The notes under the pieces were generated by a model. That model worked only from the letters and a program-made list of their open reading frames with translations. It was not told the DNA's origin and made no database searches. Below, piece after piece: positions 1 to 11,601 of a stretch of DNA of 55,995 nt. Origin of the DNA: Pelomyxa schiedti (Eukaryota > Protista > Evosea); assembly GCA_020536535.1 (NCBI GenBank), contig JAHLWZ010000422.1, positions 1 through 55,995 of the forward strand. Direction: 5' to 3'. The position numbers and the translations under genes are program-made. Every line of letters begins with the position of its first letter. Position 1 is the stretch's first letter.

Positions 1-1253
1 ACATCAATCATCATCTACTTGGTGGTATCTCGTAGATATTACAGTCACAGAGTGAGGAGGAGGTGCCTGTGCGTTTTGCAGTTAGAACTAAGAAGTAATA
101 AGCACTCAATTAAATACCAAGTGGATGATGGCTCAATTCCCATATCGGCCTCTGTGTTTCTTCAACAATAGTGAAGCTACCACCAATAAATTTGTCTCCT
201 ACCACCGATTAAGAACAAGACACAGAGAAATTTACATCGTCTTTGTATGTTGTGTTCCAAGTTGGAGTTTTCGAAAAAAAAAAAAACAAAGACAAACCAA
301 ATCGCGATAGACATACAGTGGTATTGTTGTAATGTGTACTTGAAACAACGACTGTAGCGTTAAGTGTCGGTGTTCCGGGTGTGGCGCATCTCTAACTCTT
401 TTTGGTTTTTATTTTTTTTTTGTTTGTTTTTTTTGTCTTGTGTCTAATGTGTTTCGGCTTCCGCATAATTTTCTGTTCAACTTTTTGCGTATTGCAATTG
501 TGAGTCTCAATAGTATTTTACCTTGCAGATCTGAGGGATACCACTCGTAGTGTGTCTGGATTTCCCCGTAGTCTTCTAGCTTTTGTTACCAGAGTCCATG
601 GTCAGATGTGCTCAGAAATCAATCTAAATTTATTTTGGTGTGTCGGGTTAGGTTCGCTAAAGAGGTGATGGTTAAGGGTTTTAGGAGCTGGAGTAAAATT
701 AGTGCCAGTGAGGCTACATCAAACTCAAAAGGGTTACAGTCTCTTCATTGTTAACACCAAGTAGCGGCGCAGCTATGGGGTTTTTCATCTGTGAAGGCTT
801 CGTTGTGGGAAGTATCTTGTTATTCAGTTGTATTACATGCTTTCTGTTGTTACAGGAGATGGGCTCCAATTGTTACGCGGAACTTACATTGAGCCGCTCA
901 ATCGACTACCACCCCAGGTACCTCATCAAAGAGCTCCCAAAGTGTAAGCAGCGAGAATGTCCTCTACTCATGCGAAACAGAACCACCAATATACGATTAT
1001 TTCGAAACGCAAGGTACGGAACCGTAGGAAGGAAAAAGAGGCAACAACCGGTAGCCCTCTCTTCTTTTTCGTTCGAACGAAATTTTTGCAGGAAAGGGAA
1101 AAAAAATGTTCATCATTTTTCTTCCGTTGGAAGAACTGATGTGTTGTTGGGCTTCATTTCCTCAGTCCGTGGAAAGAACAAGAAGCACTGCGCTTGCCAA
1201 TGCATTACTTGGCCTGTCTTTGTTTTTTTATGACTTTGTCAAAAACATCCAAT

Positions 1254-3245
1254 TCATGGTGTGGCCAAGGCCTTCAGCCCCGCAAGAACGGAAGTGATAT
1301 GCGGGCGCTATTCAAGTAAGAATAAGTAAGAATGGGGAAAAAAAATCAAACTTGGCAAGGGTCCTGATGCCAGCAGCTAGTGATTAAGTTTGCCTATTGT
1401 TGGATAAGTATTTTGTCAGAGACAATGGGCAACAAACCAAAAGAAAGGGGGTGGTGGCAATGCAGTGGTTCAAACTATGTGGACAGGACACACTGTATGG
1501 GACATCTGGCCTGTATCCTCGGGCCACCTCATGCATTACAGTTTGCAAATCCAGTGTGCCAAAAGGCAGGGCCTCCATAAAAATTTCGAACAGGATCAGA
1601 CCGGTAGAGTAACTGTGTACAGTGAAAAACTAAATATAACTACAGGTAGGTACACGTCAGATTCCAAAGTCGACATTGCACCCCGGGATTGCAATTCTGG
1701 TGCCCAATAATAACCTTTTTACTACGTAAGCTTGCAGAAAAAGAATAATTGGCTAGTACATGCACCACGAACACCTTCTTCAGGCAAAATCAGAAAGCTT
1801 TTTTAAATGAGAAATCTCTTGTGGTATATTTATAAATTACCTTCACAGAACACTGGGAATCCACCAAGAAATTGTTTAACTTGAGGTCACTGTTAGGAAA
1901 AAAAATGAGAAATAAGTACTTATTCTGAGGTGATTAGATACCCATGTACGATGTTGCTACAGTGGGCAGTTGTTATGCCAAGCACCTGAAATACATAAAT
2001 AAAAGGAAGTTCAGTGAATACACTACCACTTGAATGGCTAGGGAGAGCTTCATTACAAAGGGTAATCCTTGCGTAATATGAAATCTAAAACCTTGCTCTG
2101 GGTGGTGCACCAACATATCCAGAGTACCTGCCATCTTCTCTAGGAAAAGTGTTGGTACACCAGATGTAGAAATCCCTTAAAGAGAGTGAAAAGGCAAAAA
2201 GTGGAGTGGACAATAACAAGGTAAACGTACCAAACATAGTAGTGACGTGGGGACCAGCAGCATGCCTAAATATTTACAATTATCACAGGAAAGGAGGAAC
2301 TGGGGCACAAACTGTAGAAGAAGGACCTCCTTCCACAACATCTCCCTCTCACACTGCTTGACAACCATTATTTCGTGATCCACCAATGCTGTGAAAGTAT
2401 GAAATATAGATAAGCATTCAGCTCCCGTCTATATAAAAATGCAAAACATCTGTAGAAAACCTTTGTAAACCACACTAAAGTGGCCTCGGCCAATGACCTC
2501 GAGCAACTGCACATGCGAAGGCTCGATGTTCCGAANNNNNNNNNNNNNNNNNNNNNNNNNNNNNNNNNNNNNNNNNNNNNNNNNNNNNNNNNNNNNNNNN
2601 NNNNNNNNNNNNNNNNNNNNNNNNNNNNNNNNNNNAAAAATGCAAAACATCTGTAGAAAACCTTTGTAAACCACACTAAAGTGGCCTCGGCCAATGACCT
2701 CGAGCAACTGCACATGCGAAGGCTCGATGTTCCGAATATGTCGTATTTCAGAACTCGCAGTGGGTGTGCGTACCAGTGGGGCCATTTCGAATGGCCCCTC
2801 GAGCTTCAGCAGGGAGCCGTTGAACAAAGGGGGGTCCTCTACTGCCCTTCTCGCGGCCTCATAACGTTGGAAACGGAGCTCGGTCAACTCCGTCGTTTTC
2901 TTCACATACAGAAGATCTCTAATCAAGTGTTGTGAGGAGAGTAATGCGAACATCTCGAGACAATACATATAGCGAGTTCACGCGAGAACAAAGACTTCAC
3001 TATTAACAAAAAAACGATGCACCACATACGATTGGAGTGTGTTTGGTGCGAGATTGAGCGGTATTGTTATTTTTCAGAGTGAGTTCACACGGGGGAGTCC
3101 AGGGAAACAGTTCTTTGATCCTGTCGACAGAAGTGCCTTTCGGCCACCGTTTTGTTGTAGTCACCAACCACCTCGTGGCCTCCATTGCCTTCACTTTTTT
3201 TCTTTTTCTGGGTTTTTCATCTGGATCTTGGAGTCTGGATGGCAT
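1254..3245 (-). CDS. TKL-group protein kinase; apparent frameshift at the DFG motif (pseudogene or assembly indel); 5' end uncertain
   Basis: Spliced exons give IGRGHFSVVYKA, IMVVKQ, LFLEKM, IVHG|DLKLNNFLV, LSDF..., RGACYYWAPE, SDVYS.GLILFEIF, LPF, RPDVP and LITSCWHQDPCQRP...LATP*. The locus is interrupted by an N-gap at 2536-2635. Confidence 0.7.
2536..2635. other. Assembly gap (100 N); other gaps at 21778-21877, 47630-47729 and 54448-54547
   Basis: Runs of exactly 100 N. At two gaps the flanks are exact duplicates. Confidence 0.99.
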
Positions 3246-3959
3246 CTGTCTAAGGTGTCATTTACTTTCGTTGGCAGCCAGCCTAAAAAAGACAGTGAGT
3301 GACATCGACTACTGGGTTGACTGAGACAAGCCTGAAGTCATCAACAGGCATTCTTGGTAATACATGAGTTTCTCAGCGTCCCCTCAGCTGACTGAGATTT
3401 GGTGGTCAGTTTGTTCAGTGGTACATTTACAGAGGAAGCTGTGCTGCTAAACGTATTGCAGGTGTTGCTAATAGTTGCAATGAGACACATAGGCAGCTCT
3501 TTGGCTTTCAATGTCAGCAACACCAAATCAGCCGAATATACGAAAGCTGCACTCCTCCTTTACCCTGTCATGTTTGAAGATTACTTGACTCTCTCCATTG
3601 TGTATTCCACCGAGGTTCGGTGTAATGCCAGGAGTTGGAAAAAGTGAGACCCCGCAGACAAATAAGTCAGGAGTCATCAGGCCAAAAACTGATTCGGTCA
3701 ACTAACGAGGGAAAAAAAACCCGGCACCACAACGCCAGCGACAAGCCGTCCTGGGAGATCGATCAAGATTTTCCGTTAACACGAAAATTTTGAGGAGGCA
3801 CGAATGGACCCAACACGTAACGGCACCCGCCCAATCGTCACGTTTTTGTTTTTTCCCCATTTCTTGTTGCAATCGCGCCTTGTGATGTGTTTGCTTCCCC
3901 CCAACAAAACGCCGAAACTAATCTTCACCGCCAGTGAAGTCGTCGAAGGTATCGTCATT

Positions 3960-6900
3960 ATGGGGCACCAGGCTGTCAGTCGATCTGGCCCAACTCCATG
4001 GTTGGTTTTTTCTTTAGTTTTCGTCGATTGACCATGGGGTTTTTTTTTATTTTTATTTTTTTTTTCTCAGATGGTGGATCAGCAAAGCCATCATTTGCCT
4101 CAGTTGTGACTGCTGCTGTTGATTCTAGCATTCCTAGACCATCTGTGAGTGCACCTACCAAGGCCCCTGGTAGTGCTCCTGATGAGCTAAGGCTGCTGTC
4201 AGCTATCACCCCTGATCAAGCTGCTGTTTGTGCCCTTTTTATTTTTACTTTTTTTTTCCCTTGAAAGTCTCATTACATAAAGATGAGGACAATGTACAAG
4301 GGATTCCAAGCCGATGTACTTGGTGCTTTTGGAAAGTTGGTGGCCTTTGCCAGAGAGTGTGCATTGCTTGTTTTTGAAGTTTTTTTTTAAACTGGTAACT
4401 TAGGACCAATGTAACAATGGAACCCCCTCAGATTGTTTTCGTGGGGCAAAAGGGTGTTGGGAAGACATCTATTCTTGAAGCTATTTTAGGAAAGCCACTT
4501 TTTATGAAAAAAGATGGCTCATGTATGTGCTTCCCTTTTCCTGTGAAACAACCAAGAGTTTCGCAAATAGATTCAGAGACAAATAGACCAATAATTGTGT
4601 CTGTTGTTTATAACAGTGAGTGCAGCACAAACCCAAAGATCACTGTGAGACGTGATCCCTTTATGAAGGATTCAACTAATGTGGAAGTTCCCCTCGCATC
4701 TCTCCCTGACGTTCTTCAAGAACAGTTGTTCCCTATGAATCAATTTAACCTAACCTTCTTGTCTACAGTAATGCTGAAACTGAAATGCCCCTTACAATAA
4801 TATACGAAACTGCTGACTCGATGAATGTCACTTTTGTTGACACTCCTGGTCCATCACCTGTACCAAATGTGTAACATTTAACGTTAGCGCAGGACTGCTT
4901 AATGAGAATGATCCTAAAAGAGAGCAGGTCAATTGATTTTTTTTTTTTTTTTTAAGACTTTAATTTTCTTGCAGAGAGATGAACTTGTTCAGCGATTAAT
5001 TGGACAAACTAGTGATGCTACTAACCGCTTGATTGTTTGCGTTTCTATGGCAGCAGCGTGGCCTTGCTGGCTTCATAGTGTAAGAGCAGGATGACTCTAG
5101 GGATAACTAAAATCCTTTAGTGGGTGAGAAGGTCCAAGACTGGGGGCTACCAAGCTCGCACTTCGAATGTTTTTGTGGAATCCAGAGACCACTTCAAGAA
5201 ATTCACAAACGCTGGGGAGGCCAACAAATATCTCTCAGAGAGACCAACTGACAGCTTTTTTGTCACGCTTCCCTCTTCTGAGGTACATTATTTACTGCAC
5301 CACCTGGGTAACCCTTATTTCTAGTTAATTGCTACGACTCGAGATCAAATGCAACAGCTCATTTATCAATCATCCCAGTTAGATATAAAAATGCTAAATG
5401 ATCTTCACTTTGATAAGAAGTATGCTTGTAGTAAGATTTTTTTGTGGTTCACATACCAATATCTTAAAGTCATGACAAATGTGTTGGAACACCAAAGTTA
5501 ATCTCGTTTGTCAACTCCCTTGTTCTTCGTACTTACCAGCAATACGCCCCTCTTATCAAGAATCACCAACGGTACCTTTTACTTTCCATTTGTCAGCAAT
5601 GACCAATTCCATAGCCTCATTGTATCCAATATCACTGCCGCAATGCAACTTACAATTAAGAAGCAAGCTAACCTAACTCCCTTCAAGGTAACATGGCATT
5701 TCGGTTAATCTTTCCATAATATAAACTTCCAGCTTCGTGGCACAGCCATGAATTACCTCACACAATTCGTGCATAGTATAGAAACTGTAATTCAAGATGG
5801 AACTCTTGAAAATCTTCCTCCACAGTATGGAACAACAACAGCAGACGAATGGCGACTTTTAGAAGATAGAGGTAGAAGAATAATATGATTTTATCGATCA
5901 AGTAAACTAACAGAATGGTCTTAAGGGGAAAAAGTGTGGCACATGCCTGGCTCAGTAAGTGCAGATGAATGGAATATTCCAGCTTGGTCAAGACCTCTTT
6001 TCGGAAGACAACAGATGGAAAGGCTGCTCTCCGAGTTCAGGATTCTTATTTCTAGAACAAAGATCATTCCCATCAGCCATGATGAAATTGCTATTGCAGC
6101 CGGCTCTCTCCCTCTTTCTGATCCAGCTACTTTCCTTCACGCAGTAAGTTGCACATCTTCTTCTCCCATTTTGTGTTAAAAATCTTCAGGCTTTTGATGT
6201 TGCTCAACAAAGATTGCCCGATCAACTTACCCCTGTGATCAAGCAGCTTCAAGATCGAGCTGCCCACATCATGAGAGCTGTAAAGCTTATCTTTTTATAA
6301 TATTTCGGCCTCATTTTTTCCTTCAGGTCTGTGATTTAGCTCATACATCCATCAAGAATCCTAAAAGGCGTGTTGGTTTCCAGCGAACCCCTACCGCCTC
6401 TACACCTGCTGTGGTAGAACAGGAGTTGGAATACCCCTTCTTCATTCATTGGTGCTTTCACTTTTTTATCCTCGCATTTCCCTAATCCATACCCAAGGGT
6501 GTCAAGAAAGTTTTTCATGTTCGTGGAAAACCTTGTCAAGACTTTTGCGGAACAATGTGCAAATGAGATAGCTTCCACCAAATTTTTGTTGTGGGAAGAA
6601 GCTAAGTAAGTTACAATTAATAAGCCATAAGCCAACAACTCACATATACCTCAGGTTCACTGGGAGCCTTAAAGGTGCACAGATTGAAGATGCAGTGAAC
6701 CTTGCATCACAAGCATTTGACAATATGAAACAGATTGTAGCACAAAATATAATGCTGAAGTGTCACAGCACATTCCTAGAGTAGCATCCCACAACCTCCC
6801 ATAATTGAACTAACAGCCGAGCTAGGCAGCCACACATGTGGGGAGAACTTCAAAGCTCAATCACGATGGAGCTCACTGAGGAACTTCTGAATGAGCTGTT

Positions 6901-7024
6901 CGAGGTTCCGGCTGAGCAAAAGCGGCTCGAACAAGAATCTGCTGAGCTCACTTCTCTCAAGAGTCACTTGGACAAGCAAGACGCGATTGTGGGACCGGCT
7001 ATCTCCATCCTTACAAGGAAGTAA
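3960..7024 (+). CDS. Dynamin-related GTPase of the DRP5/ARC5/Dictyostelium Dlp type (multi-exon; start approximate)
   Basis: G1 is IVFVGQKGVGKTSILEAILG, G2 is ETNRP and G3 is FVDTPG|LL. Also present are the family-like WNIP..RPLFGRQQMERLLSEF and a C-terminal NIMLKCHSTFL..MWGELQSSIT..LLNELFEV. Stop at 7022-7024. Confidence 0.85.
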
Positions 7025-7261
7025 GATTTAGACACACACCAGAAGAGAGTGAAACCAAATCACAAATTGGATAGATGACCCATCACCACATTTTCATTTT
7101 TTCCTCGCGCTTTTGATGAAATTGGAGGCGGGGTGATCCAAATCTGCTTCCGCAAACGTTCGCCCAGGGAAAAATAAAAAACAACCCCTTTTTTTCCCTT
7201 CTTCCAGTTATTGTTCAATAACAATAAACACACTACACAGTCCGCGGATTAGATTTATAGA

Positions 7262-8337
7262 ATGGCTACAGGTGGTGCGCCGGGAAAAGAATATGACTTC
7301 ATGTTCAAAATTCTATTGATTGGCGACTCGGGCGTTGGCAAAAGTGCGTTTTTCAACCTCTTGTGTCCTGTGTCAATGCACGTGCACTAACCTAGAAAAA
7401 TTTAATTAACCAAAACCATGGGAGTTTTATTTTTGTCAAGTGTAGCAAAGCAGCTGCATAGCCAAATTTACTGAATCATTATTTATTAGGTTGTTTGCTG
7501 TTGCGGTTCGCTGATGACTACTGGACCGACACATACATATCCACAATTGGAGTAGACTTTAAAGTAGGTTCGTTTTCAACTGCTTTGTGTACTAACGGAA
7601 ATACAAGATCAAAACTATAGATTTAGATGGAAAGATAGTCAAAATGCAAATTGTGAGTCCCACATCCCTTTTCTTTCGTTACTTAATTTCTCACATATAC
7701 ACAGTGGGACACAGCAGGTTCTTTGTTCTTTTTTCCTTAACCTTTCTAAACGATATAACCTACAGGGCAAGAAAGATTTCGAACAATCACAAGCTCATAC
7801 TACAGAGGTGCCCATGGAATTATGGTCGTTTTCGACGTAACCGACCCACAATCCTTTGGAAATATCAAACAGTGGCTGACTGAGATAGACCGCTACGCTT
7901 CAGAACTTGTTACCAGAATCATTGTAGGAAATAAAATAGACTTGGAGAACAAACGCTGTGTAACACAGGCCGAAGCACAGGTACCTCCCTCCATTGGACT
8001 GTTCACAACCAACTCAACTCCTCAATAACTCAGAGCTTTGCCGAATCCAAGGCTGTACCATACATTGAAACAAGTGCCAAGAACAGCCTAAACGTGGACA
8101 GAGTACCGCCCCCCCCCCCTTCCCAAAACAACATTACACAAAACAAGAAAACCCTGGGGCTTGTCAAACTAACTATTAAAGGTGTTTGTGGAAATGGCCA
8201 GGGAAATAAAGAAGAAGAACAACCAACGTGGGCCAGGTCAACCAGGGCAACCAGGCACTGGTGGCAGTACTGTACTTGTGAATGAACCACTCAAAAAGTC
8301 AACAGCTCCTCCAAAGAAAGCTGGAGGTTTTTGTTAA
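7262..8337 (+). CDS. RAB1: Rab1-family small GTPase (7 exons)
   Basis: [76 protein letters not shown]-terminal GGFC*. All introns are GT-AG and keep the frame. Confidence 0.95.
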
Positions 8338-8431
8338 TGATGTTTAAAAAAAAAAAAAAAAAAAAACAAGAAATGTCAGGCTTTTTTTTTCCCCAGAACT
8401 GCACTTTACACACAATTTTCAGAAGGGAGTC

Positions 8432-9247
8432 TCATTCGCTCTTTTCTGGTTGAGGTGCCTCTTTGGGTTTTTCCTCTGTTTTAGTTTCACTTTCATCCTC
8501 ACTATCACCATAAGTCTCACACAAAGCACTCAATCCAACAGGCTTTTCAGCAGAGGCTTCTTCACTCTTTTTCTCCGTTTCGTCGGGTTTTGGTTCTTCC
8601 TCTTCTGCTTCCTCTTCGCTCTCGCCCTCCTCTCCACTTTCTTCATCTTCGTCCTCTTTCTCACTGGCCTCTTCACCCTTGTCATCAACACAGGGTCTCT
8701 TTTGAGCTGAAACTGGTGAAATTTCCACTGCCTGACCGGGCCTCTTTCGTTCCACCTCTGACTGAGTAGTACCATCCTTAGGGGATTGTTTGGGTTTTTT
8801 AGTGCTGTTCCACAATGAAAATTCCCTCACTTGCGCCATTGCACCCACACTTCCAGGTTCGCTAGCTTGGCTCGTCGCAGCCGTTCCCGTCCCTCTCCCC
8901 CTCCCAATTGGAGGTGCCATTAGCAGCGGCGGGGGCAAGCTCGCCCTGCTCTGCAGAAACGGGCAGTCACGCACAAAGTGGCCGGGCTTCTCGCACGCGT
9001 GGCACACTTGCGGCTCTCGCCGATTCCGTCTGCGCAAGTTGAAGCACTCAAGGGCCGTGTGCCCGCGGAACCCGCACTTCTCGCAACTAACTTCCTCGAG
9101 CGATGTGGCAGTTGTAGGGGGTAGATTCGGGTTGAACGGAATGGCCGTAGCGCGGTTCTTGCGCGACTTAAGGTGCGTAGATGTGAACGATGTCGGTAAT
9201 GCGTTGGGGTCATTGGGATCTGGACGTGGTACTCGTGTCTTCTGCAT
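8432..9247 (-). CDS. Tandem CCHC zinc-knuckle protein with acidic C-terminus (probably nucleic-acid binding), intronless
   Basis: 271-aa ORF with CEKCGFRGHTALEC and CHACEKPGHFVRDC (CX2CX4HX4C), an RGRG motif and a Glu-rich tail. Confidence 0.8.
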   Translation of the reverse strand: MQKTRVPRPDPNDPNALPTSFTSTHLKSRKNRATAIPFNPNLPPTTATSLEEVSCEKCGFRGHTALECFNLRRRNRREPQVCHACEKPGHFVRDCPFLQSRASLPPPLLMAPPIGRGRGTGTAATSQASEPGSVGAMAQVREFSLWNSTKKPKQSPKDGTTQSEVERKRPGQAVEISPVSAQKRPCVDDKGEEASEKEDEDEESGEEGESEEEAEEEEPKPDETEKKSEEASAEKPVGLSALCETYGDSEDESETKTEEKPKEAPQPEKSE

Positions 9248-9402
9248 CCCCTTTTATTGTAGTTTTTATGAAAGGGAGAAAAAAAAACGAAAAATCGAAC
9301 TGTGATGGCAGGTGTTTGGCACATGCATTGACACATTAATGTGCCTGCGGTGTCACAAAGAAGCGACATGGGGAGATCTTGCCAAGTCAAATGTCATATT
9401 TT

Positions 9403-11565
9403 ATGTGGAGGATTACACTAGTCGTTTTAGCGATTACCTTGGCTTGTGGTGGGCTGAATATTACTGTGCCCACTGAAGCAGGAACTTTTTGGTATCTTTC
9501 ATTCCTTTTACTTCCCTTTGCTGATTGACTTTAAGGCACATCACTGGTATTCATTTCCAACTTCATTGTTCGGCAGTCACATCACTCAGATGTCCACGCC
9601 CAGCCTGACTACAAGAAAGATTCTAGTATTCGTGAGCACTGCATTAAAGGCGTGTTAAAACTCACTATCTTCGAATTTACACAAACTCATAGGAAAGGGA
9701 AGAGCAGGGGAGTTCGGTTCAGATTATGCGTGTGATACACCAAAGAGTACTATAGACCGCACGTTTTATTATATGACCAGTTATTTGTATGTAATCCTTG
9801 TGAGTTCTATCTCTGAGTGTCTAAGTAGCCAAGACCCTGATTTTATTATCTACACTGGAGACTGGGTACTTTACTCATTCCAGAAATATCTGTAACTTCC
9901 CCCAGATGCCGTATGAGAACTATAAACCACTGGACCAATTTTCAGGTTAACAAAGTTCACTAGCTAGAAGACCTTTCAGTGCTTAGTGCCTACAGTTGTG
10001 GAGTACCAGAAAGCGGTGGCTTCTTATTTCCTGACATATTTTGGGGGCAGCAATACAAGAGTTTTTCCTGTCCTCGGTGATATTGATACACTTCCCCAAC
10101 ATCAAGTGACATAACTCTAAACTTTCTTTGTTTCTCACACCTTGAAGATGTATCCCTATTCCTATTGGCTATACCAAGAAACTGCTGAAGGTCTCAGGCG
10201 ACATCCTCATCCACGTAGTAATGTTAATTCCAGCTTGGAAGGACTTAATTCAAGACCCAATTGCTGTTGGGATGTTTTCTGCTGGTGGCTTTTATGACAC
10301 CCTAATATCGCCTCAACTGCGGTATGCCCCAGTTGATTGATACTTCTAACTTCCACTAGACTAATGGGTACCACTTTCCCTGCCATTTGTGAGTAATACT
10401 TATTTTCAGCTCTGAATACTGCCTTGTACAATTCCAAGAATGATGCACTTTCCTTATCTGATCACGGTATTTTCTCTCCATTGATGGTTTTTAGAAGTAA
10501 TTTTACTTTATTAGATCCACTTGGCCAGTTTGCCTACATCACCGCCACCCTTGAAAGGGCAAGAGTTTTAGAGGAACGAGTAATAATTATTTACCACATT
10601 CCGCCAGGTTAACAGCATTGCCATATTGTGAACTCATTTTTCCACCAGGCTATGATGACATTACTTGCTCAATGAACCAGGTTAATTGACACCACTATCG
10701 GCAGTAGTCAACAATTAGTAGAAATTTCACGATAGGTTTGTTCATGCGTTTGATGGATATCACGACTTGATTGTGTCGCATTTCGCCGGGCATACTCACA
10801 AGGATTTGATAAGATTTCTAGGGGTTTGTACGCAATTCGGATAACTCACATCACTTCCCTGCTAGGATGTTCAACTGTATGATACTACAAAAGCTTCTGT
10901 TGTATTTGTTGCGCCTTCTGTGGATCCAAGAAATACTGGAGGTACTCATTTCTCTTTTTGTGTATACTGAGTTGTTCAGAAATAAGATTGAGGCAATTTG
11001 AATATGATCGCGTTTTCCCGTTTTCCGTATCTGACTACACACAATACACAGCCGACATCTCCAAGTCAAATAAAAATCACGGTGAGTAGTCTTTTCTCCA
11101 AAATCTTTTTTCTGAGGTAGTTCTTGCAGCACTAGTTTTTTCTGAGCAGTATCGAGGTGAGAGTTATTTTTCCCGTTTCATTTCTAAACTTTTCTCAGCC
11201 CGGGTGTCCTATGACCTTGCTGACCTTTCAATGTAATTTTACCCCTAATCCCCCACAAACTAAAACTCGACAGTGAGAGCATGTTAGACTTCTGGCACGA
11301 GCTTCCTGAAGTACATTGCCCTGACTTAACAGTTCAACACAAATCCCTTTTCAGGTTGCATACGAATCACTCCTCAACCAGTATCTGTCACATGTCGTCA
11401 GTGAAAATAGTTTAAAAACCGAGGTTTGCTCCCACGTAGAGTTTTGCAGGAGACTGACAATCTGGTATCTCTTCCACATTCATTTGTTTTCTGCTTACGC
11501 GTACCAGTACTATGGGCTATTCCGAGATCAGGGATATTGATTGGTGTATGATGGAAATAAAATGA
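9403..11565 (+). CDS. Secreted acid sphingomyelinase-like metallophosphodiesterase (SMPDL3/ASM family)
   Basis: Signal peptide MWRITLVVLAITLACG, then GTFWHITDVH, GEFGSDYACDTP, PDFIIYTGD, VFPVLGDID, ALNTALY, DPLGQF, YHIPPG, FAGHTH, APSVDP and C-terminal ICTMGYSEIRDIDWC..*. Confidence 0.88.
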
Positions 11566-11601
11566 AAAAGCTGAAATGTACAAAAACAATTTGTTTCCCT
11601 A

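Noticed and set aside
1-1100. Exon-like fragments on the plus strand (e.g. FAKEVMVKGFRSW, EMGSNCYAELTL)
   Set aside because: I could not build a consistent spliced model or recognise a family.
2436-2735. Exact 100-bp direct repeat (2436-2535 and 2636-2735) duplicating the kinase Gly-loop
   Set aside because: The copies flank a 100-N gap, so this is a contig-overlap scaffolding artefact.
8432-9247. Zinc knuckles as a retrotransposon gag
   Set aside because: There is no capsid domain, pol or LTR nearby, and the acidic tail and context fit a host gene.
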